A stretch of DNA of 48,782 bases from an uncultured Candidatus Saccharibacteria bacterium (GTDB taxonomy: Bacteria; Patescibacteriota; Minisyncoccia; Portnoybacterales; UBA2143), in NCBI GenBank assembly GCA_964594965.1, contig CAZQMX010000003.1:224-49005 (forward strand), read 5' to 3'. The notes under the pieces were generated by a model that was not told the DNA's origin, made no database searches, and worked only from the letters and a program-made list of their open reading frames with translations. Of this stretch, positions 42,588-48,782 are shown one piece after another. How positions within the stretch are numbered: position 1 is the stretch's first letter; the number at the start of each line of letters is the position of its first letter. Position numbers and translations under genes: made by a program.

Positions 42588-44036
42588 ATGTCTAAAGTAT
42601 TATTGATTAACCCCATCTTTAATATCCCTAAAGAAAACTATGACAGCAGTATTTCTGTCGGGCTTTTGTGCTTGGCTTCCTATCTGGATAAAAAAGGAAT
42701 TGAAGTTAAAATGATTGACGGCGCCAGACAGAAAAACTATTTAGATTTAATTAAAAAAGAACTTCCTCAAGTTGATTTTGTCGGTATTTCAGTTATGACA
42801 ACTCAGGTTGAACCATCTTTAGAAATTTCTCGGATAGTCAGGAACTTTAATCCAGATTTGCCTATTATTTGGGGCGGTCTTCATCCGACCTTTTTCTCGA
42901 AGGAAACACTTGAAGATGATTTAGTTGATATTGCTGTCATCGGCGAAGGAGAAGAGACCTTGTTGGAAATAATTCAGAAAAAACCCTTGGAAGAAATTAA
43001 AGGAATTGCTTTTAAGAAGGGAAATAGTATTCAGGTTAATCCGGGAAGACAACTTTTAGGATTTGAAGAATTACCCCTGCCTAAATGGAATTTAGTCCCG
43101 GATGAGATTTTAGAGAATCTGGCTTTGATTCCGACTCATACCAGCCGGGGCTGTCCTCACCGCTGCTCTTTTTGCGTCAATGCTATTAGAAAAAATCGTT
43201 GGCGGGCCAGAAAGGCAGAAGAAGTCCTGAAAGATTTAGAAATTATTAAATCCCACCCTCATTTGAAAAAAAAGCCAATTAGATTCTGGGATGAAGATTT
43301 TTTTGTCAACAAGGAAAGGACCATGAGTATTATTAAAGGTATGATTGAAAAAGGATTTAATTTGGAATGGGAGACGACTATCCGGGCCGATTATCTGGAC
43401 AAGGAATTTTTTAACGACCAGGCTCTATCTGATTTGAAAAAGTCTGGCTGTTATCTTTTGTCTTTTGGCGCCGAATCCGGCTCAAAAAGGATTCTAGAAA
43501 AAATCCAGAAAGATGTCACTTTGGAACAAATCTTAAATTCAGCCAGGAGATGTCTTGAGAATAATATTATTCCCCAATATTCTTTTATGGTTGGTTTACC
43601 CAGCGAAGAAAGAGAAGATATTAAAGGAACAATCAATTTGATTGATAATTTGGTTGAATTAAGTCCTGATATCCAGATTTTAGGACCACAGGCCTTTCGG
43701 CCTTATCCCGGCTCAACTCTTTACCAGGAGTGCCTTGATTCCGGCTGGAAAACGCCAAATTCTTTAAGAGAGTGGGCGCGATTAATGAAAAACGAGCTTA
43801 ATTATCTTTCGCCCAAGAATTTCCCCTGGGTTAAAAATGTTGATTTGGTTGAATCATTGGAGGCCTATGTTAGATTTGGCGCTCATTCAATTAAAAGCGC
43901 CTTGGGTTCAACTGTTAAAGCAACCAAATGGCTGAAACTGCCTTTTGTTCTGCTTTGCCAATTAAGGTGGAAATTAAAATTCTTTGGTTTTTCTTGGGAC
44001 TATAAATTAGCTAAAAGATTTGTGGCAAAATCATGA
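42588..44036 (+). CDS. B12-binding-domain radical SAM protein
   Basis: IIWGGLHPTF, VIGEGEETLLEI, TSRGCPHRCSFC. Confidence 0.8.
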   Translation: MSKVLLINPIFNIPKENYDSSISVGLLCLASYLDKKGIEVKMIDGARQKNYLDLIKKELPQVDFVGISVMTTQVEPSLEISRIVRNFNPDLPIIWGGLHPTFFSKETLEDDLVDIAVIGEGEETLLEIIQKKPLEEIKGIAFKKGNSIQVNPGRQLLGFEELPLPKWNLVPDEILENLALIPTHTSRGCPHRCSFCVNAIRKNRWRARKAEEVLKDLEIIKSHPHLKKKPIRFWDEDFFVNKERTMSIIKGMIEKGFNLEWETTIRADYLDKEFFNDQALSDLKKSGCYLLSFGAESGSKRILEKIQKDVTLEQILNSARRCLENNIIPQYSFMVGLPSEEREDIKGTINLIDNLVELSPDIQILGPQAFRPYPGSTLYQECLDSGWKTPNSLREWARLMKNELNYLSPKNFPWVKNVDLVESLEAYVRFGAHSIKSALGSTVKATKWLKLPFVLLCQLRWKLKFFGFSWDYKLAKRFVAKS

Positions 44037-44212
44037 ATAAAAAAGTAGCCTACCATTTAACCATATCTCTGATGATATTCTTTCTCATTTTTGAGATTAT
44101 CTATTACTTCTCAGATGTTAAAGATTTTAGGGAAATTGTTGCCTTGGAATCAGATATTGTCATTACCCTGGGCATTATTATCGGAATTATCTGGTTGTAT
44201 AGGAAGAAGTAA
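44033..44212 (+). CDS. Small (59-aa) two-TM membrane protein
   Basis: The ATG overlaps the upstream TGA (ATGA). Translation MNKKVAYHLTISLMIFFLIFEIIYYFSD...ITLGIIIGIIWLYRKK. It falls below the ORF-track length cutoff. Confidence 0.45.
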   Translation: MNKKVAYHLTISLMIFFLIFEIIYYFSDVKDFREIVALESDIVITLGIIIGIIWLYRKK

Positions 44213-44218
44213 AATCAT

Positions 44219-45376
44219 ATGAGAATCTTAATGATTAGCATTGAAAGAGCATTGTTGGGCGCCGGATTCAGCGGCGATGCTTTAGAGCGTCATAAGGAAT
44301 ACGGGCAAAGGGCTGGTCATTTGGATGTTATTCTTTTGACGACCAAAAAGCCCCAGTCATCCGACGGGGTTAAAAGATTTGAGAAAAGAAAGGTCAATTC
44401 GCATTTGACAATTTATCCGACTAATTCCAGAACTAAATTAAATTATGTTTTTGATGCTTTTAGAATTGCCCGGACTGTTGCCTGGTCAAACAAATTTGAT
44501 TTAATTGTTTGCCAGGATCCGTTTTTAAACGGCTTGGCCGGCTGGTTGATTAAAAAATGGTCTAAAGTTCCTTTGCTGGTCCATTTCCACGGCGATTTCT
44601 GGCAGAACAAACACTGGCTTTTTGAAAAAGGAAGATGGTGGTTTAATTGGTTTTTTCTTTTAATCAGTAAGTTTGTTGTTAAAAGGGCGGATGGAATCAG
44701 GGTAACCAGTTCAGGGATTAAGGATAAATTAGCTACCAATGGGATAAAGAGAAAAAAAATCAGAATCATTTCAACTCCGATTGATTTGGAAAAGTTTGAA
44801 AGTTCTGATGAAAAAAAAGTAAAGAGCTTTAGGGAAAAACATCGGAATAAGAAGGTTTTAATTAGCGTTGGCCGGAAAGACCCTTCTAAGGATTTTAAAA
44901 CTCTCTACAAGGCAATTGAATTAATTTACCAGGATTACAAAAATCTGGCTTTCTGGCAGGTCGGGAACAAGGAATATTTACCGGGGAAGATAGGGGCGGA
45001 TAAGAATCTGGTTTTAACTTCAACTGGCGAGATTAAATTAGAAGAACTTCCTGACTATTACCACGCTTCTGATATTTACATTTCCTCTTCCAAGCACGAG
45101 AGTTTTGGCAAGGTCCTGGTTGAAGCCATGGCTGCTGGTTTGCCAGTGGTTGCAACCAAGACAACTGGTTCTAAGGAAATTGTCAAAGACGGCAAGAACG
45201 GCTACTTGGTAAATATTAGCGACAGCGTTGCCTTGGCTAAAAAGGTTTTGTTTTTACTTAATAATCCGGACAAAGCTGAAAAAATGGGACAGGCTGGAAA
45301 GAAAATGGTTAGAGAAGAATTCAGCCAGGAAAAGATTATTAGGAAAATAATTAAATTTTGGAAGGAACTAATATGA
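44219..45376 (+). CDS. Glycosyltransferase family 4
   Basis: HESFGKVLVEAMAAGLPVVATKTTGSKEIV. Confidence 0.8.
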   Translation: MRILMISIERALLGAGFSGDALERHKEYGQRAGHLDVILLTTKKPQSSDGVKRFEKRKVNSHLTIYPTNSRTKLNYVFDAFRIARTVAWSNKFDLIVCQDPFLNGLAGWLIKKWSKVPLLVHFHGDFWQNKHWLFEKGRWWFNWFFLLISKFVVKRADGIRVTSSGIKDKLATNGIKRKKIRIISTPIDLEKFESSDEKKVKSFREKHRNKKVLISVGRKDPSKDFKTLYKAIELIYQDYKNLAFWQVGNKEYLPGKIGADKNLVLTSTGEIKLEELPDYYHASDIYISSSKHESFGKVLVEAMAAGLPVVATKTTGSKEIVKDGKNGYLVNISDSVALAKKVLFLLNNPDKAEKMGQAGKKMVREEFSQEKIIRKIIKFWKELI

Positions 45377-45954
45377 CCAAGTGGGAAAGGTTTTTTGATG
45401 ATAAAATTAAAGAAATTGCCCGGGAAAAAGATATTTTAGATATCGGCGGTGGCTTCCGCCTCCAAAAAGAATTGGAAAAATACAAAGAACTTTTCAAGGA
45501 AAGCAATTACCGGGTTTTAGATAAAGAACCGAGTTTCAAACCCGATATTATTGGCGATGTTTGCCAGATGCCTTTTGAAGACGAATCCTTTGATGCTATC
45601 ATTTGTAAAGCGGTTTTAGAGCATGTTTCCCGGCCAAAAAAAGCGGCTAAAGAGATTTATCGGATTTTAAGAAAAGACGGCAAGGGTTTAATTTATCTTC
45701 CTTTCCTTTATCCTTATCATGCTCACGAAGGAATCTATAAGGATTACTTTCGATATACCGAAGATGGTGTCAGATATTTGTTTAAGGACTTTGAAACAAT
45801 TGAAATTTGTCCGGTCCGAGGCAACTTGGAAACTGTTTTTAATCTGACTCCCTTAAGGAAAATTAAGATTTTCCTTCCTTGCATCAGATTGGTTGATAAG
45901 TTTTTTTCAGAAAAACAGGCCTCGGGCTTTAATGTATTTTTAATAAAGCAATAG
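45373..45954 (+). CDS. Class I SAM-dependent methyltransferase
   Basis: ILDIGGG motif I, FDAIICKAVLEHV, GGAAGGA before ATG 45373. Confidence 0.7.
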   Translation: MTKWERFFDDKIKEIAREKDILDIGGGFRLQKELEKYKELFKESNYRVLDKEPSFKPDIIGDVCQMPFEDESFDAIICKAVLEHVSRPKKAAKEIYRILRKDGKGLIYLPFLYPYHAHEGIYKDYFRYTEDGVRYLFKDFETIEICPVRGNLETVFNLTPLRKIKIFLPCIRLVDKFFSEKQASGFNVFLIKQ

Positions 45955-45961
45955 ACCTTTT

Positions 45962-47821
45962 ATGTGTGGTATAAACGGATTTAATTCTAATCAGCCGGAT
46001 TTAATTGAAAAAATGAATCAAAAGATCCGGCATCGAGGTCCGGATCAAAAAGATTCATTCTGTTTTGATGATTTTTCATTAGGCCATACCCGTCTTTCAA
46101 TTATTGATTTATCAGATAATGCCAAACAGCCAATGTTTAATGAAGATAAATCATTAGCCTTGGTCTTTAACGGCGAGATTTATAATTTCCAGGAATTAAG
46201 GAAAAAGTTAGTTAAAAAAGGCCATCAGCTTATTAGCCAGTCAGACTCAGAAGTTATTCTTCATCTATATGAAGACCATGGTCCTGATTGTCTTGATTTT
46301 CTTGATGGTATCTTCGCCTTTGCTATTTTAGACACCAGAAAAAAAGAATTCTTTTTAGCCCGGGATAGAATTGGGGTCAAACCCCTCTATTACTATTTTG
46401 ATGGTAGTAAATTCATTTTCTCCTCGGAAATAAAGGCCATTTTAGAGCATAACATTAAGAGAGAGATTGATTTAGATGCTTTTAATCATTATTTCCGTCT
46501 TCATTACGTTCCTCATCCTTTAACGATTTACAAAAATATTGCCAAACTTCCACCAGCCAGTTATTTAATTTTTAAAAACAATCAGATTAGCGTTAAGCAA
46601 TACTGGCAAGTAGATGATTTCAAAAATATTGATTCAGAAGAAGAAATAATAGAGCAGATTCAATCTTTAATGAAAAAATCTGTTAAGGGGCAACTAATCT
46701 CAGATCGACCGGTTGGAATATTTTTGAGTGGAGGAATTGATTCAACTTCAATTCTAGGCATAGTTAATCAATCGGGCCACAAGAAGATTAAAACTTTTTC
46801 AGTCGGTTTTGATTTTAAGGAAGAGGAAAAGAAATTTAATTTCGATCTGGATATGGCCAGGCGAGTCAGTCAGGATTACCAGACCGACCACCATGAGTTA
46901 TTAATCACCGGAAAGGATATGTTGAATAATGCTGAAAAAGTAATTTACCATTCGGATGAACCGGTTTCTGACACTACTCAAGTTGCCACCCTTTTATTAT
47001 CTCAGTTTGCCAAAGAGAAAGTAGCAGTCGTCTTAGGCGGCGACGGCGGCGACGAACTTTTTGGTGGCTACCCCCGCTATGCTTACAGCCGGTTAGCCAG
47101 TCAATGGCAAAAAATACCGAATTTTCTAAGAGAGAATATTTTAGCTAATTTGTCGCTTAATGTCTTGGGAAAGTATTTAAAAAAAGAAAATCTTTTTCAA
47201 AAACTTAATACTTTGCCCGGCGCAGAAAGATACTTGCTCTTTATGTCCCAAAAAGATAACATTCTGGAAGAAATTCTCAATCAGGATTACTTTAAAAAAG
47301 ATTTAACCAGAAATTTTTATCAGGAAAAATATTTTCAAGGATGTCCCAAGAAAGATTTTGAGAAATATTTTATGCTGACTGACATTAACACTTGGATGGT
47401 TGATAAATCGCTAATGAGAACTGATAAAATGACCATGGCTTTTGGTTTGGAAGAAAGAGTTCCCATTTTAGACCATCATTTGATTGAATTGTCAGCCAGA
47501 ATCCCAAGTAAGTACAAAATTAAGGGAGAAGGGAAAGCTATCTTTAAAAAAGCAATGGAGGAATATTTGCCCGATTATGTCTTGGGTGCTCCCAAAAGAG
47601 GCTGGTTTTCTCCGGTGGCCAAATGGCTAAGGACCGATTTGAAGGATTTTGCCTACGATGTTTTATCAGAAGATTATTCTCCGAAAACCAATCAATATTT
47701 CAACTTTCCGGAAATTAGGAAAATATTGGACGACCATATTAGTAAAAAAAGATATAATCTGAATTGTCTTTGGGTTTTAATGACTTTTCAAATCTGGGCA
47801 AAACAAAATTTACAAAAATGA
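45962..47821 (+). CDS. asnB: Asparagine synthase (glutamine-hydrolysing) family protein
   Basis: N-terminal MCGI nucleophile and PP-loop FLSGGIDST; 619 aa. Confidence 0.85.
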   Translation: MCGINGFNSNQPDLIEKMNQKIRHRGPDQKDSFCFDDFSLGHTRLSIIDLSDNAKQPMFNEDKSLALVFNGEIYNFQELRKKLVKKGHQLISQSDSEVILHLYEDHGPDCLDFLDGIFAFAILDTRKKEFFLARDRIGVKPLYYYFDGSKFIFSSEIKAILEHNIKREIDLDAFNHYFRLHYVPHPLTIYKNIAKLPPASYLIFKNNQISVKQYWQVDDFKNIDSEEEIIEQIQSLMKKSVKGQLISDRPVGIFLSGGIDSTSILGIVNQSGHKKIKTFSVGFDFKEEEKKFNFDLDMARRVSQDYQTDHHELLITGKDMLNNAEKVIYHSDEPVSDTTQVATLLLSQFAKEKVAVVLGGDGGDELFGGYPRYAYSRLASQWQKIPNFLRENILANLSLNVLGKYLKKENLFQKLNTLPGAERYLLFMSQKDNILEEILNQDYFKKDLTRNFYQEKYFQGCPKKDFEKYFMLTDINTWMVDKSLMRTDKMTMAFGLEERVPILDHHLIELSARIPSKYKIKGEGKAIFKKAMEEYLPDYVLGAPKRGWFSPVAKWLRTDLKDFAYDVLSEDYSPKTNQYFNFPEIRKILDDHISKKRYNLNCLWVLMTFQIWAKQNLQK

Positions 47822-48782
47822 GACTATTAATGCTCACTAGAAAATTAGATAAGGACGATACCCAAGCCGGGTTTGCTTTTAATTGGGTTAAAAAACTTAG
47901 CCAGAAAGTAGAGTTGCTTAAAGTTATTTGCCTTGAAAAAGGAAATATTGAGGGATTACCGGAAAATGTTGAAGTTTTTTCTTTGGGTAAAGAAAAAGGC
48001 AAAAACCGATTAAAAGAATTGCTCAGGTTCCAAATTGGCGCCCTAAAGTTTGTTTCTAAGATTGACGGGGTCTTTTGTCATCAGAATCCAGAATATACCA
48101 TTCTAGTCGCTCCCTACGCCAAATTATTTAGGAAAAAAATAGTTTCCTTTTATGGTCATAAGGCTGTTACCTGGAAAACAAGGTTAATGCATTTTTTTGC
48201 TGATAAGGTTGTTACTTCCAGCCAGGCCGGATTTCAAATAGACAGCCCTAAAAGAATTATTATTGGCCAAGGAATTGATACCGACTCTTTTAAACCATCA
48301 TCAGATAAACCAGAATCTGAAAAACTGAGAATTATTGCAGTCGGCAGATATTCTCCGATTAAAAACTACGAGACTTTAATCGGCGCTGCCAGTATTCTAA
48401 AAAAACAAAATCTCAATTTCAAAGTTTCCATTGTTGGAAAAGTTATCTTAGAAAGCCAAATCAAATACTTAAGCCAATTAAAGGAGCTGGTCCAAAAAGA
48501 ACAAATTCAAGACAGAATAGAGTTTTCAGAAAAAGGGACTCCGCAATCTCAATTGGTTAGTTTATACCAGCAGTCTGATTTAAGTGTTAATCTCTGTCCG
48601 ACCGGCGCGCCGGACAAGGTTGGCTTTGAAGCCATGGCTTGTGGTTTGCTTCTTTTGGCTTGTAATCAGAGTTACGCCGAGAATTTTGGCCCATATGCTA
48701 ATCAATTGCTTTTCAAAGAAAAAGATCCTCAGGATTTGGCCGATAAGATTATTGCTTTATCAAAAAGCAACCAATTAAAAGA
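47818..48782 (+). CDS. Glycosyltransferase (GT-B, family 1/4), 3' end lies outside the window
   Basis: ATG 47818 overlaps the asnB TGA (ATGA). The frame is open to the window end. MRLLMLTRKLDKDDTQAGF...KVGFEAMACGLLLLACN. Absent from the ORF track because there is no stop codon in the window. Confidence 0.7.
   Translation, partial: MRLLMLTRKLDKDDTQAGFAFNWVKKLSQKVELLKVICLEKGNIEGLPENVEVFSLGKEKGKNRLKELLRFQIGALKFVSKIDGVFCHQNPEYTILVAPYAKLFRKKIVSFYGHKAVTWKTRLMHFFADKVVTSSQAGFQIDSPKRIIIGQGIDTDSFKPSSDKPESEKLRIIAVGRYSPIKNYETLIGAASILKKQNLNFKVSIVGKVILESQIKYLSQLKELVQKEQIQDRIEFSEKGTPQSQLVSLYQQSDLSVNLCPTGAPDKVGFEAMACGLLLLACNQSYAENFGPYANQLLFKEKDPQDLADKIIALSKSNQLK

Overview
Low-GC bacterial window, almost entirely + strand. 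The gene content looks like Candidate Phyla Radiation / Patescibacteria; that placement is an inference from content, not a search result. Gene blocks in order:

- **1-4476:** type IV pilin / pseudopilin cluster, including a PKD-domain protein tail, a 628-aa chimeric pilin, three minor pilins and a catalytically dead HtrA-like protein.
- **4577-5855:** CDP-alcohol phosphatidyltransferase and a secreted hypothetical protein.
- **5975-8878:** a self-contained, visibly more GC-rich cassette made of promoter, T-box leader, rifampin-phosphotransferase-like PEP-utilizing enzyme and terminator.
- **8911-18066:** a very low-GC operon with a histidine phosphatase, three SPASM radical SAM enzymes (one split from its N-terminal domain), a guanylate-kinase-like protein, a B12-binding radical SAM enzyme, a Cys-rich protein, a short pyrophosphatase and an Hsp70-like ATPase. 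This is my best candidate for an undescribed system.
- **18308-22735:** a small minus-strand orphan gene, a membrane protein and a 1111-aa surface protein that carries three in-frame copies of a 19-nt palindromic element.
- **22746-23453:** a RAYT / IS200-like Y1 transposase bracketed by inverted 25-nt hairpins.
- **23487-24835:** purN, a hotdog thioesterase interrupted by an in-frame TGA at a conserved Cys position, and two tRNAs (one with an unpaired acceptor stem).
- **24922-26887:** an HTH protein, an array of 11-nt repeats, an ECF sigma factor and a putative anti-sigma factor.
- **27195-32761:** two large surface proteins that share a roughly 130-aa module.
- **32859-48782:** a cell-envelope glycan locus with TPR proteins, an O-antigen-ligase-like protein, a GT-C enzyme, five GT4 glycosyltransferases, DUF3800, a cyclase-family protein, a B12 radical SAM enzyme, a methyltransferase and AsnB.

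Two families of short palindromic repeats are scattered through the window. No CRISPR array, rRNA or integrase was seen. All calls come from reading the sequence and ORF translations by eye; no searches were run.
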